From the NCBI GenBank assembly GCA_964496125.1, contig CAZBXE010000002.1, positions 12,383 through 76,382 on the forward strand: a DNA stretch of 64,000 nucleotides. The letters are read 5' to 3'. The translations under genes were made by a program, and so were the position numbers. The DNA comes from an uncultured bacterium. GTDB lineage: Bacteria; Chlamydiota; Chlamydiia; Chlamydiales; CAZBXE01. This document shows, in pieces, positions 7,027-17,682 of the stretch. The notes beneath the pieces are model-generated. The model was not told the DNA's origin. It made no database searches and saw nothing but the letters and a program-made list of their open reading frames with translations. Numbering within the stretch: position 1 is the first letter of the stretch; each line of letters opens with the position of its first letter.

Positions 7027-9990
7027 ATGAGCAAATTTCATAAAACGGGTTACGCCTACAAAGGCTTCGAGGTCAAAAAGGTAAGAAAATTAGAAGAGCT
7101 TGGGGCTTTTCTGATCGAGCTAATCCACTTAGAGACAGGGGCCGAAATCGTCCATATCGAGTGTGATGATCCTGAAAATGTGTTTTGTCTTTCCTTTCGT
7201 ACCTATCCTGAAAACTCCGGTGGCGTGGCACATATCTTAGAACACATCGTACTTTGCGGCTCTCAAAAATACCCGATCAAAGATCCTTTCTTCTCTATGC
7301 AAGGCAGAAGCCTCAACACCTACATGAACGCTCTCACAGGCTCTGACTTTACCTGCTACCCAGCAGCTTCCCAAATCCCTCAAGACTTTTATAACTTACT
7401 TGATGTCTACGTCGATGCCGTATTTCATCCAAAACTGGAAAGGTTAAGCTTTCTGCAAGAGGGGCACCGACTTGAGTTCCAAGATCCAAAGGACCCATCA
7501 ACTCCCCTTCAGTATAAAGGAATTGTATTTAACGAAATGAAAGGAAGCCTCACCTCCTCTTCAGCCAGACTCTCTGTAGCTGTGGAAGAGACCCTTTTTC
7601 CTGACCTAACCTATTGTTACAATTCTGGAGGAGACCCGAAGCAGATCCCGCAGCTGACCCACCACGAGCTGGTAGCGTTCCATAAAACTTTTTACCATCC
7701 GAGTCGATGTCTATACTTCTTCTACGGAAACATGCCCCTGAAAAGCCATCTTGATTATCTCAGTAAAAATGTCCTTAAAGGCGTAGAAAAAAAGAGAAAA
7801 ATCCCCCCCATCCCCAAACAACCCCGCTTCAACGCTCCAAAGGAAAAAACATTTTTCTATCCGATTGCAGCTACTGATGAGGTAAAAAACAAAACCATCA
7901 TCGCCCTTGCCTTCCTTACATGTAGCATCTTAGAGCAAGAAGACCTGCTTGCTCTCTTTGTGCTATTAAGTGTTCTTATGGACACAGACGCATCTGCTTT
8001 AAAAAAAGCCCTTTTGGAATCACATCTTTGCACACAAGCAAGCGTTCTTGTCGAAAGCGAAATCAGCGAAATCCCCATCGTCTTCACTATGAGGGGCTGT
8101 GAAGAGGAGTATGGAAGCAGGCTTGAAAAGCTGATCTTGGACACTCTAGCCAAGGTAGCTAAAGAAGGAATTGAAGAAGAAAGGATCGAAGATGCGATCT
8201 ATCAGCTGGAGTTTTACAGAAGTGAAATCACAGGCGATAGCTACCCCTTTGGTCTCATCCTTTACTTCCGCTCTTGCCTTGTCAAGCAGCATGGCGGTGA
8301 GGCAGAAGATGGTCTTGTCATCCACGAGCTATTTGGAAAACTAAGAAAACGGATCGAAGAAGACCCCAAAACATTTTCTAAGCTCATCGAAAAATACTTT
8401 TTGGAAAATCCCCATGTCGTGCGCGTTACAATGGCTCCCGATCCCACCTTGGAAAAAAAAGAGAATGAAGAGGAGAAAAAGATCCTTCAGCGGATTCAAG
8501 AAGGGCTTTCTGAAAAAGAGAAGAAGACAATTGTAAAGCAAGCACAAGAGTTACAGAGCTTCCAAAAAAAGCAAGAAGAGGAGAGTCTTGAGTGCTTGCC
8601 TATGATCGGGCTTACAGATATTCCTTTGAATCCGCAAGATTTCCCGCTTAAAAAGGAAAAACATGGAAGTCTAAACGTCTACCATCACGACTGTTTTACC
8701 AATGAAATCCTCTACGCCACTCTCTACTATGACCTTCCTGCTATCGAAGTAGAAGACATTCCCTATCTTCGCCTTTTCTCCTCGCTCACAGCCAATCTAG
8801 GGATGGGTGGGAAACCCTATGAAAAAGCATTAGAGATCATGCACGGAAATCTAGGTGGTATCGGGGCCTCCATTACCATGCACCATGAGGCAAACGACTT
8901 TAGAAAATTTACCCCAGCCTTCTGCCTCAAGGCTAAAGCGCTGCATAGAAAAGCCTATGCGCTTTTTCCCATCATGCAAGAGATTACGGGCTCTCAGGAT
9001 TTTACAGATAAAAAGCGCCTTAAAGAGCTGATTTTACAGTACCACACATCTCTTGCCCATGCGATCAATTCGAATGCACTACGCTATGCTTGGAACCTCT
9101 CAGCGGAAAATCTTAATGTTGCGTGTAAAATGAGCAGCCACCTGAATGGCCTGAGCTATTTTTACCTCTTAAAAGACCTTGCAGCTCATTTTGACGAGAG
9201 GGCTGATTTCCTGATCCATAAGCTTCAGGCATTTCAAAAGACACTCTTTTTACTTCCTAATGCAGATCTTGTTCTCTCCTGCAATCAGAAGATGTATGAC
9301 ATTTGCAAAGGACAAGACTTTTATGGATTTTCCCATCTACCGCAAAAACCCTGCACGAAGTGGAAGGGTGATTACCCTCTCATCACAGGCTCTCAGCAAG
9401 CTCGTATCATCGCCTCCCCTGTTGCCTTTATTGCTCAGGCAATGAACGCCATTTCTTATACACACCCTGATAGTCCCTCTCTGCTTCTTGCCCCTTCGAT
9501 TATGGAGAATAACATTCTCCACAAACTCATCCGCGAAGTCGGAGGAGCCTATGGAGCAAGCTCAGGTTTTCATCCGATCAACGGTCAATTTTATTTTTAC
9601 TCCTACCGCGACCCTAACATCCTATCAACATTGCAAGCTTTTGAAAAAGCGATCGAAACACTTGCTGCAGGCGATTTTTCAGAAGATAACCTCCGAGAGG
9701 CCAAGCTAGAAGTGATTCAGAACCTAGACACCCCAGTATCGCCAGGCAGCCGCGGTGACATGAGCTATGGGCGTTTGCGCAGCCATCTTACGCTTGCCAT
9801 GAGAAAACGCTTTCGAGAAAACATTCTTTCTTCGACCAAAGAACAAGTTAAAAACGCTGTGCAAAACCACATCTTGAAAGCAAGGGAAGGTTCTTTTCCA
9901 GCTGTGTTTGCAGGCAAAGAGCTGATCGAGCGAGAGAATGAAAAGCTAAAGACAAGCGGGCTTGCTCCCTTCCATGCCACCTCCATCTAA
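7027..9990 (+). CDS. M16C (PreP-like) zinc metallopeptidase
   Basis: Inverted zinc motif HILEH (HxxEH). About 987 aa, typical of presequence-protease-like M16C enzymes. Start taken at the ATG at 7027 (MSKFHKTGYAYKGF...), not the ORF-track start at 6778. Confidence 0.85.
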   Translation: MSKFHKTGYAYKGFEVKKVRKLEELGAFLIELIHLETGAEIVHIECDDPENVFCLSFRTYPENSGGVAHILEHIVLCGSQKYPIKDPFFSMQGRSLNTYMNALTGSDFTCYPAASQIPQDFYNLLDVYVDAVFHPKLERLSFLQEGHRLEFQDPKDPSTPLQYKGIVFNEMKGSLTSSSARLSVAVEETLFPDLTYCYNSGGDPKQIPQLTHHELVAFHKTFYHPSRCLYFFYGNMPLKSHLDYLSKNVLKGVEKKRKIPPIPKQPRFNAPKEKTFFYPIAATDEVKNKTIIALAFLTCSILEQEDLLALFVLLSVLMDTDASALKKALLESHLCTQASVLVESEISEIPIVFTMRGCEEEYGSRLEKLILDTLAKVAKEGIEEERIEDAIYQLEFYRSEITGDSYPFGLILYFRSCLVKQHGGEAEDGLVIHELFGKLRKRIEEDPKTFSKLIEKYFLENPHVVRVTMAPDPTLEKKENEEEKKILQRIQEGLSEKEKKTIVKQAQELQSFQKKQEEESLECLPMIGLTDIPLNPQDFPLKKEKHGSLNVYHHDCFTNEILYATLYYDLPAIEVEDIPYLRLFSSLTANLGMGGKPYEKALEIMHGNLGGIGASITMHHEANDFRKFTPAFCLKAKALHRKAYALFPIMQEITGSQDFTDKKRLKELILQYHTSLAHAINSNALRYAWNLSAENLNVACKMSSHLNGLSYFYLLKDLAAHFDERADFLIHKLQAFQKTLFLLPNADLVLSCNQKMYDICKGQDFYGFSHLPQKPCTKWKGDYPLITGSQQARIIASPVAFIAQAMNAISYTHPDSPSLLLAPSIMENNILHKLIREVGGAYGASSGFHPINGQFYFYSYRDPNILSTLQAFEKAIETLAAGDFSEDNLREAKLEVIQNLDTPVSPGSRGDMSYGRLRSHLTLAMRKRFRENILSSTKEQVKNAVQNHILKAREGSFPAVFAGKELIERENEKLKTSGLAPFHATSI

Positions 9991-10022
9991 GATGAGCAGC
10001 AGGGTTTATACACAACGGGACA

Positions 10023-11000
10023 CTAGAAAATTTTTTGGGTCAGAAATCGGACAGCGTTGCTATGCGCAATTTTTCTCGCATCTTGCTTAGAAAGATTTAG
10101 CTCTTTATGCCAAAGAGAAAAAAGCTTGGGATAGGTCTCTGCACTATTAAACTCAGGAAAGTAAAGAACATCTTCTGGCTTGCGAAAATTCTCCGGAGCA
10201 TCCTCAATACAAAAAAAGTCTGCACCAAGAGCTATCCCTTCTATTCCCACAATAGTGATGGCATGCTCTAGTTGCTTTGCTAAAAATTTCGTATCCGCAG
10301 CTCCCACCATATAACGGATAAGATTAAATCCGATCACCCCACCTCGACGTACTAGTTCCTTCGCAAGATCATCTGGCAAATTCCGCTGAAAATCAGCTAC
10401 ATAGCGGTAGTTGCTATGGCTTGCCATGACAGGAATATCAAGGCCTTTTTGGTCCACATATTCTAAGATTCCATAGGCAAGAGGGTCTGAAGTATGAGAA
10501 AAATCCACTCCAATTCTCTTCCCATCCAAAAAATCAAGCAGCCTCTTCCCATCCTCCTTCAGCCCCACCTTCGATAGATTTCCCCCACCAAAGCGGTTCT
10601 CCTCATTCCAAGTAAGACTTATGTAAATGGGTTTGGGCCCAGAAGAAAGCCGTTTTAGGCCAACGTCTAACTTTTCCCCCTCCTCGGAAAAACTAGAGGC
10701 ATTTTCATAGGCAAAAAGAAGCCCTACCTGCTCACTCTGAATAGCGAGCTCCTCTTTTGTCTTTACATGGCGAAATAAAGTCTCATGCTTCTTTGGCAAC
10801 TCTGAATAGATCGCACTTTGAGAGCTCCCAGATGCTGCTGATCCTCTGGCTGTAAAGGTAAAGGCAGCCATCGTTTGGACGCTCACGCCCCCTCTTTTAA
10901 GCTGGGGATAACTACAGCGAACAGCAGGGTCAAAAGGACCTCGCTTCTCGTCAGTCACCGCATAGAGAAGATAGTCGCAGTGGAAATCAATGATGTTCAT
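10023..11000 (-). CDS. Membrane dipeptidase family (peptidase M19)
   Basis: M19 metal-ligand blocks: FHCD (HxD), LTWNEENRFGGG, VDFSHTSD, VMASHSNYRYV and GADFF. Confidence 0.78.
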   Translation of the reverse strand: MNIIDFHCDYLLYAVTDEKRGPFDPAVRCSYPQLKRGGVSVQTMAAFTFTARGSAASGSSQSAIYSELPKKHETLFRHVKTKEELAIQSEQVGLLFAYENASSFSEEGEKLDVGLKRLSSGPKPIYISLTWNEENRFGGGNLSKVGLKEDGKRLLDFLDGKRIGVDFSHTSDPLAYGILEYVDQKGLDIPVMASHSNYRYVADFQRNLPDDLAKELVRRGGVIGFNLIRYMVGAADTKFLAKQLEHAITIVGIEGIALGADFFCIEDAPENFRKPEDVLYFPEFNSAETYPKLFSLWHKELNLSKQDARKIAHSNAVRFLTQKIF

Positions 11001-11033
11001 TCTCTCTCCCAGAAGAAATCAAAATAAAGAAGC

Positions 11034-12104
11034 TTACGCCACTGTAACCTTTGGATCTAAATAGATATCTTGAATCGCATGCAAGATCTCTACTCCCTCT
11101 TTCATTGGCTTCTGGAACGCCTTTCGCCCTGAAATCAGTCCCATTCCACCTGCCCTTTTGTTGATCACAGCTGTACGCACCGCCTGCCCGAGATCATCCT
11201 CACCAGAAGCGCCGCCTGAATTAATCAGTCCCGCTCTACCTGCAAAACAGTTCAGCACCTGGTATCTGCAGAGGTCAATCGGATGATCTGTTGCAAGATC
11301 GCTATACATCTTGGGGGAAAATTTGCCAAACTTCTGCCCACCTTGATTCAGCGCCTGGTACCCTCCATTATTGACCGCCATCTTTTGCTTGATGATATCA
11401 GCACCAAGCGTTACACCGAGATAATTTGCTTGTCCTGTCAAGTCAGCACTCTCGTGATAATCCACACCTGCCACTTTGAAGCCAGAGTTACGAAGATAAC
11501 ACCAGAGGATACAAACAAGACCAAGCGAGTGTGCTTCATAGAAGGCCTCCCTGATATCTTGGATTTGTCTATCTGATTCCTGGGAACCAAAATAAATAGT
11601 CGCTCCAACACCGATAGCGCCCATATCAAACGCCTTATGAACATTTGCAAAGAGAACTTGGTCATACTTGTTAGGATAAGAGAGAAATTCGTTGTGATTG
11701 ATCTTTACAATCAGAGGGATTTTATGGGCATACTGCCTTGCCACTATGCCAAGGCCACCTACTGTGGAAGCTACGGCATTACACCCCCCCTCTAGACCAA
11801 GTTTGATGATGTTTTCAGGATCAAAATAGATCGGATTGGGGGCAAACGAAGCGCCTGCTGAATGCTCCACTCCCTGGTCAACAGGAAGAATAGAAACATA
11901 CCCTGTGCCTGCAAGCCTGCCGTGGTTAAAGAGTGTTTGCATATTGCGAAGAACAGCAGGAGATCGATCGCTTTTACTCAAGACGCGGTCAATAAAGTCA
12001 GGTCCCGGCAGCTGCAAGTCTGCTTTTTTCACCTTGTTACACGTGTAAGAAAGCAAATCTTTTGCTTCTTTGCCTAAAAGCTCTTCGACACCTTTATTTT
12101 TCAC
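11034..12104 (-). CDS. fbaB: Class I fructose-bisphosphate aldolase (FbaB/DhnA type)
   Basis: Near-colinear with my recollection of E. coli FbaB ([43 protein letters not shown]...[11 protein letters not shown]...[18 protein letters not shown]). Start set at GTG 12104, preceded by GAGGAGAG; the 28-codon upstream extension has no FbaB counterpart. Confidence 0.9.
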   Translation of the reverse strand: MKNKGVEELLGKEAKDLLSYTCNKVKKADLQLPGPDFIDRVLSKSDRSPAVLRNMQTLFNHGRLAGTGYVSILPVDQGVEHSAGASFAPNPIYFDPENIIKLGLEGGCNAVASTVGGLGIVARQYAHKIPLIVKINHNEFLSYPNKYDQVLFANVHKAFDMGAIGVGATIYFGSQESDRQIQDIREAFYEAHSLGLVCILWCYLRNSGFKVAGVDYHESADLTGQANYLGVTLGADIIKQKMAVNNGGYQALNQGGQKFGKFSPKMYSDLATDHPIDLCRYQVLNCFAGRAGLINSGGASGEDDLGQAVRTAVINKRAGGMGLISGRKAFQKPMKEGVEILHAIQDIYLDPKVTVA

Positions 12105-12188
12105 TGCTCTCTCCTCACTCAATAAATTCTTTGGAAGCTGCAGAATAAGCCTCAAGCCAAAAAAAAGCAAATTTCTTATAATAACCAC

Positions 12189-13442
12189 ATGTTCTACTCA
12201 CTGTTTTACCTTGTTCTTGTCCTCCTCTGCATTAGCCTCGGGGCTGAGCTAAGAACCCCAGATTATTTTCTTACTGAAGGCATTGCCTTTCTTGCAGGTC
12301 TTGCCCTCTATGGAACAACTCTTGTTTTCCTTAGATTCTTTGCCAAATTACCCCCCCGATCCTACACACTCCATGGTGTCAACCTTGTTTTGCTTCTTTT
12401 TTTTATCTGTTACCACCTTATCCTAGGTTCCGATGCCTGGATGCTTTCCACCTTCGGACTCACTGCCCCTATTGTCCTTTTTTCCCTTGCTCTCTATTTT
12501 TTTGCGCTCAACTTCTATCACTCAAGGGCCAAGAATGCCTCTTATGCAAGAGCCCAGCTGCTGTTTCTCCTCCCCTTCACCCTTCCTTTTCTTCTTTTAC
12601 GTGGGGCTGTAGACCTCTTCTCCTTACTCCCTCTTTCCCAAAAGGATAGCGAAATGGCAACAGCTTTTTTCTATCCCCTCTTTGCTTCTCTACTACTTTT
12701 TTTCCTTCCCTATGCATTCCAAAAAATCTGGAACTGCAAACCTCTTGCCGAAGGGCTGCTCAAGGAGAGACTGAAGAGGCTTTGTGAGAAAGCAGACTTT
12801 AAAGTTGCCTCGATGTGCACCTGGAGTATCATGGAAAATGCCCACACTGCAGCTATCTTAGGGGTGACCCCCAGATTTCGTTATGTTCTTTTTACCAAGA
12901 GACTACAGCAAGATTTTACAGACGATGAGATCGAAGCAATTTTGGCGCACGAAATTGGACACAGTAAATACCACCATCTCCTTCTCTATCCTTTCATCAT
13001 TTTCGGCATGCTAATTGCTGGAGCCCTTCTCTTTCAAATTGTCAGTCCTACTCTAGAGCTTTTCTTTATAGAGCATAGACTCCCCTTCTATTTGCCTACT
13101 TTTTTTGTCCTTTATTCTCTCTTCTTAGCTTTCTACTTCCGCTTCATTTTCGGCTTTTTCTCCAGACAATTTGAAAGGCAAGCAGACCTTTATGTCATAG
13201 AACTTGGACTAAGTCCACACCATCTCATCAAAGCCTTAGACCACATCGGAGTGGTAAGTGGCGGCATCCACAAAGACCCGAACTGGCACCACTATAGCAT
13301 CGAAAAAAGAATTGAGCAGCTTGAAAGGGCTATCGAAGATAAGTCCCTTGTAGGAAGACACAAGCGATGGGTTCAGTTCACCCTGGCCTGTTATTTTCTT
13401 ATCGTAGGGATCGCTTGTCTGCTTCTTTTGCTGTTTTCTTGA
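12189..13442 (+). CDS. M48-family (Ste24/HtpX-like) membrane zinc metallopeptidase
   Basis: HEIGH (HExxH) between multiple TM segments. Confidence 0.8.
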   Translation: MFYSLFYLVLVLLCISLGAELRTPDYFLTEGIAFLAGLALYGTTLVFLRFFAKLPPRSYTLHGVNLVLLLFFICYHLILGSDAWMLSTFGLTAPIVLFSLALYFFALNFYHSRAKNASYARAQLLFLLPFTLPFLLLRGAVDLFSLLPLSQKDSEMATAFFYPLFASLLLFFLPYAFQKIWNCKPLAEGLLKERLKRLCEKADFKVASMCTWSIMENAHTAAILGVTPRFRYVLFTKRLQQDFTDDEIEAILAHEIGHSKYHHLLLYPFIIFGMLIAGALLFQIVSPTLELFFIEHRLPFYLPTFFVLYSLFLAFYFRFIFGFFSRQFERQADLYVIELGLSPHHLIKALDHIGVVSGGIHKDPNWHHYSIEKRIEQLERAIEDKSLVGRHKRWVQFTLACYFLIVGIACLLLLLFS

Positions 13443-13502
13443 TTTATTTCAGAGGTAGACGGAAAAGGGGCAGATGAGCATAATTGCCTCTAGGAGATCT
13501 GT

Positions 13503-14873
13503 ATGAGCGACGGTTTTAGAGATTATTTTGTAAAAAATAAAGAGAAAATTCTAGACGACTACCTGACTCTACTCAAATTCCCGAGCATCAGCGCAAAGCC
13601 TGAGCACAAAGATGATTGTAAAAAGTGCGTTTTGTGGCTGCAAAACTTTCTTCAAGGGATTGGCTTTGAAACAGAGCTTTGGGAAACAAAAGGTAATCCC
13701 ATCCTCTTTGCCACAAACCTCAAGGCAAGCAAAAAGAAACCAACCCTCCTTATTTACAACCACTACGATGTGCAACCCATTGATCCTCTTAAAGAGTGGG
13801 TTTCCCCCCCTTTTACACCTGTCACACGAAATGGTGAAATTTATGCAAGGGGGGCAGCTGACAACAAAGGCCAGCTTTTCTACGTCCTACAATCCTTAAA
13901 AGCCTTCCACGAGCTTGGTGAAGAGCTTCCGATCAATCTTAAGCTTTGCATCGAAGGGGAAGAAGAGGTGGGAAGCCCCTCGCTTTCGAAAATACTCGAA
14001 GAGAAAAAAAAGGAACTCAAAGCAGACTATTTAGCCATTGTAGACGTCGGCATCCCTGATCCAGAGACACCAGCTGTCACGCTTGGTGTGCGCGGCCTTG
14101 TCACTTTCGATCTCGAGCTAACGGGGACAAACACCGACCTACACTCTGGATCCCATGGTGGGATTGTCTATAACCCCATTCACGCTCTCTTAGAGATGCT
14201 CGCATCGCTGCGCGATAAAAATGGATGTGTAACAATCCCCGGGTTTTATGATGATGTTGCCCCCATTGACGAGGTCTCAAAGAAATACATCAACTTCGCA
14301 TTTGATGAAACGAAATACAAACAGCAATTCGAAGCAGAAGCGACAGGGGGAGAAAAAGAATTCTCTCCTATTGAAAGAGCCTGGATTCGTCCTACCCTGG
14401 AGATTAATGGAATTACAGGGGGCTACTCTGGAGAGGGGTTTAAAACGGTCATTCCTGCGAAAGCATCAGCTAAGATTTCCTGCCGTCTTGTTCCCAATCA
14501 AAGCCCAGAAGGGATTGCAAAACTCGTCAGTCATCACCTGTCGAAAATCGTACCCCCAGGGATTGTAGCCAAAGTAAAAATTCACCCTGGTGGTGGAAAG
14601 GCGGCACGAGTATCTCCCACATCAAAACTGACAAAAGCCTTTGCTAAAGCGTATGCTGACGTATTTGGAAAGGAGTGCCAGTACATTTTCGAAGGGGGCT
14701 CTATCCCGATTGTTACAGAACTTGCTGAAAAATCTGAAAGCGAAGCAATTCTTGTAGGACTTGGCCTTATTGATGATCAGATTCACGCGCCCAATGAACA
14801 TTTTGGCACCCAGCGCCTAGAAAGAGGCTTTCATATCATGGTAAATACGTTTTTCAACCTATCCACAATATAA
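13503..14873 (+). CDS. M20-family dipeptidase / amidohydrolase
   Basis: M20 blocks NHYDVQP, GRGAADNKGQ and IEGEEEVGS. Confidence 0.85.
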   Translation: MSDGFRDYFVKNKEKILDDYLTLLKFPSISAKPEHKDDCKKCVLWLQNFLQGIGFETELWETKGNPILFATNLKASKKKPTLLIYNHYDVQPIDPLKEWVSPPFTPVTRNGEIYARGAADNKGQLFYVLQSLKAFHELGEELPINLKLCIEGEEEVGSPSLSKILEEKKKELKADYLAIVDVGIPDPETPAVTLGVRGLVTFDLELTGTNTDLHSGSHGGIVYNPIHALLEMLASLRDKNGCVTIPGFYDDVAPIDEVSKKYINFAFDETKYKQQFEAEATGGEKEFSPIERAWIRPTLEINGITGGYSGEGFKTVIPAKASAKISCRLVPNQSPEGIAKLVSHHLSKIVPPGIVAKVKIHPGGGKAARVSPTSKLTKAFAKAYADVFGKECQYIFEGGSIPIVTELAEKSESEAILVGLGLIDDQIHAPNEHFGTQRLERGFHIMVNTFFNLSTI

Positions 14874-14891
14874 ATTGAGGAGTTTCGCTCT

Positions 14892-16331
14892 ATGAATAAG
14901 ATCTTTCGTACCCGTAGTACCCTATCGCTTCTGACAGCTCTTTGGCTTCTTTGTGGCACGTTCACAAGTAGCTGTGCTGCCGCAAATGGACTTCCAGACA
15001 TTACATCTGTTGCAAAAAAAGCGATGCCTGCTGTCGTCTTCATCCAGGTAAAAGGAAAAAAACCCGAGATGTACATGGGAAGGCAAAACCCTGGGCAGGG
15101 TGACTATGTGGACCCATTCGACTATTTCAGTGAAGATTTTTTTCAAAGATTTTTTGGAGCCCCCAGGGGCGCTCCCAGACAACCAAATGGGGGTGAAAGC
15201 CCCATTATAGGACAGGGATCAGGGTTTATCATCGATACAAATGGCCACATCCTGACAAACAACCACGTAGTGCGCGACTCTGACAGCATCAGTGTTACCT
15301 TAAATGACGGAAGAGAATTCCCAGCCAAAATCCTAGGCCAAGATCCAAACACTGACCTTGCCTTACTTAAGATCGAAGGCAAGGACCTCCCCTACCTACA
15401 GCTTGATGGGGTAGATGACCTAGAAGTAGGAGACTGGGTGATCGCCATAGGGAACCCGCTTGGCTTGCAAGCTTCTGTCACTGTGGGAGTCGTCAGCGCA
15501 AAAGGAAGAAATAACCTTTCTATTGGAGATACACTAGAAGATTACATCCAAACAGATGCAGCCATTAACCGAGGCAACTCGGGAGGCCCTCTCCTTAGCC
15601 TCAAGGGGAAAGTCGTAGGGATCAACACCGCGATTGCCACAAACACAGGCGGATACATGGGCATTGGATTTGCTATCCCAAGCACAATGGCAGAAAATGT
15701 CGTCAACCAGCTCCTTGCAAACGGAAAAGTGACAAGAGGATTCATGGGTGTGATCCTCCAAAAAATTGACCAAGAACTCGCCTTCTCCTTCGGCCTTACA
15801 CGTCCCTTAGGAGCTCTTGTCGCAGAGGTTACGAAAAATTCCCCCGCAGAAAAAGCTGAGTTAAAACAAGGTGACATCATCATCAGCTACAATGGACAGC
15901 AAGTTGAAAACATTGGACAGCTACGGAATGCTATTTCGTTCATGAAGCCAGGAAGCAAAGTAAACTTACAAATTAAACGTGGTAAGGACACTATTTCTAA
16001 ATCCGTAGAAATCGCCCCCTTCCCCCAGAAAACTGAGCAGGCTATTGCGGCAACCAGCATCATAGGAATAAGTGTAGGTACTGCTCTTGATGACAATAAA
16101 CCTGGTCAACCCCTTGAAAAAGGTGTACAGGTCATCAAGGTTGAACCCGGGAGTCCAGCTGAAATGGCAGGCATCCGAAAAGGGGCAACTATCGTTTCCG
16201 TGAACCAAATCCCCGTCCAGACACCAGAGGAATTTTATTCCCTTATCCATGAATCAGAAGGTTCTGGGCGAGTTCTCTTGCTTGTAAAACAAGGAAATGT
16301 CATGAGGTATATATCACTTAGGATGGGGTAG
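14892..16331 (+). CDS. htrA: Periplasmic serine endoprotease HtrA/DegP with two PDZ domains
   Basis: Signal peptide; catalytic triad contexts TNNHVV, DLALLKI and GNSGGPL; two PDZ-like C-terminal repeats. Confidence 0.92.
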   Translation: MNKIFRTRSTLSLLTALWLLCGTFTSSCAAANGLPDITSVAKKAMPAVVFIQVKGKKPEMYMGRQNPGQGDYVDPFDYFSEDFFQRFFGAPRGAPRQPNGGESPIIGQGSGFIIDTNGHILTNNHVVRDSDSISVTLNDGREFPAKILGQDPNTDLALLKIEGKDLPYLQLDGVDDLEVGDWVIAIGNPLGLQASVTVGVVSAKGRNNLSIGDTLEDYIQTDAAINRGNSGGPLLSLKGKVVGINTAIATNTGGYMGIGFAIPSTMAENVVNQLLANGKVTRGFMGVILQKIDQELAFSFGLTRPLGALVAEVTKNSPAEKAELKQGDIIISYNGQQVENIGQLRNAISFMKPGSKVNLQIKRGKDTISKSVEIAPFPQKTEQAIAATSIIGISVGTALDDNKPGQPLEKGVQVIKVEPGSPAEMAGIRKGATIVSVNQIPVQTPEEFYSLIHESEGSGRVLLLVKQGNVMRYISLRMG

Positions 16332-16334
16332 ATA

Positions 16335-17672
16335 GTGAGTATTCTTATACTCTCGACCAATAGCAAGAGCCAAGATACGTATTGGAAGCGTCATCTGCAC
16401 TCTGGGTCCGAGGTGCACATTATCCACGAAGAATGGAAAGGGGGTGCCGGCAATTGGCTAGGCACCCTTTATGCTTTTGCGGAGGTGCAAAAAAAGCGAG
16501 ATCTTTTGCGAGCCCTCCGAGAGGGCACTTCTGTCATCATCTACCACACTGCTGGCAAAGGGACAAGAATGTATCCCTTAACAGCGAGCGAAGGAGGAAA
16601 TAAGTCAGCCGTCAGACTTACTGACAAGTGCACTCTGCTTGAAGCAGTCATCCGCCAAACCATGGCCCTAGAAAGTTCCCAAAAAGGGAGGTTGTCTGTT
16701 TTCTTAGGAGACCAAATCTTCTTACCCTCAAAGCCTATCGCTACACCTTCTCATCACGCTGAAATTTTCACTAAAAAAATCGACTTCCCTACAAAAGAGA
16801 CCTGGCAAAAAGGCCACTTTGAGCAATATGGTCTGTTTGCCATAGACTCTGTAGGAAGGGCTCGGGAGATCAATAAGACAACGTACGAAAAGTTTGATGC
16901 TTACAGCAACAATAAAACGTTCGACTCTAGCCGGGGACTTGGTATAAGCCTTGGCTCCTTTACTCTCTCCTACGAAGCACTGTGTCTTGCCTTAGAAGTT
17001 TTTTCAAAAGAGCTAGCAGAAAAAAAAGGGCAAATGGATGTTGAGCCTTCCGTCTGGTTAGCTGCCTCGTTTGAAGAGACTCCTTACGTGGAGATGATGC
17101 AACAAAGCGGCCTTTTCCGAGGTGAGGAAAAAAAACACTATGCAAGGATGAAGCGCTATTTTGACATGTTGCCGGGGAAAAAAGAGAACTTTCTCGGCAT
17201 GCTAGATATAGGACAAGATGCCTACTGGTGGGACTATGGAAATATTGAGTCGTACTACCAAAACCTCCTTAAACTTCTTAGTGATAGCGAAGAGGGAAAA
17301 GCCATGCGCGAATTCTTCCACCTCAAAAAGCAAGACGGCTCTGTCATCAGTAACTCAGAAATCGGCTCGGGGAGAGTAAGAAATTCTATTCTTTTTGGGG
17401 TAAAGGCAAAATCTCTAGATGTGGAAAATGCGGTCGTGATTAATGCAGAACTACCCTCCCTTGAAGGGAAAAACTTTCTTCTCTACAATGTCAAAGAAAA
17501 AAAGCCGCTCGTGATGAAAGAAAAGTCCGTGAGGGCCGATGCCCTGATCCAAGAGACACATATGCCGATCAAGACAAACCTTGGACGCGATAGCAAAAAC
17601 GATTGGGAGGTGAAGCTCCCAGGCAACACTTTTACATATAAGGAAATTTTTAAACTTCTCTCTTCCCCTTAA
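16335..17672 (+). CDS. Putative sugar-phosphate nucleotidyltransferase-like protein
   Basis: GTG start 3 nt after the htrA stop. N-terminal signature HTAGKGTRMYPLT (GxGTRxxPxT). The remainder is unrecognised. Confidence 0.55.
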   Translation: MSILILSTNSKSQDTYWKRHLHSGSEVHIIHEEWKGGAGNWLGTLYAFAEVQKKRDLLRALREGTSVIIYHTAGKGTRMYPLTASEGGNKSAVRLTDKCTLLEAVIRQTMALESSQKGRLSVFLGDQIFLPSKPIATPSHHAEIFTKKIDFPTKETWQKGHFEQYGLFAIDSVGRAREINKTTYEKFDAYSNNKTFDSSRGLGISLGSFTLSYEALCLALEVFSKELAEKKGQMDVEPSVWLAASFEETPYVEMMQQSGLFRGEEKKHYARMKRYFDMLPGKKENFLGMLDIGQDAYWWDYGNIESYYQNLLKLLSDSEEGKAMREFFHLKKQDGSVISNSEIGSGRVRNSILFGVKAKSLDVENAVVINAELPSLEGKNFLLYNVKEKKPLVMKEKSVRADALIQETHMPIKTNLGRDSKNDWEVKLPGNTFTYKEIFKLLSSP

Positions 17673-17682
17673 ACTCTTAAAC

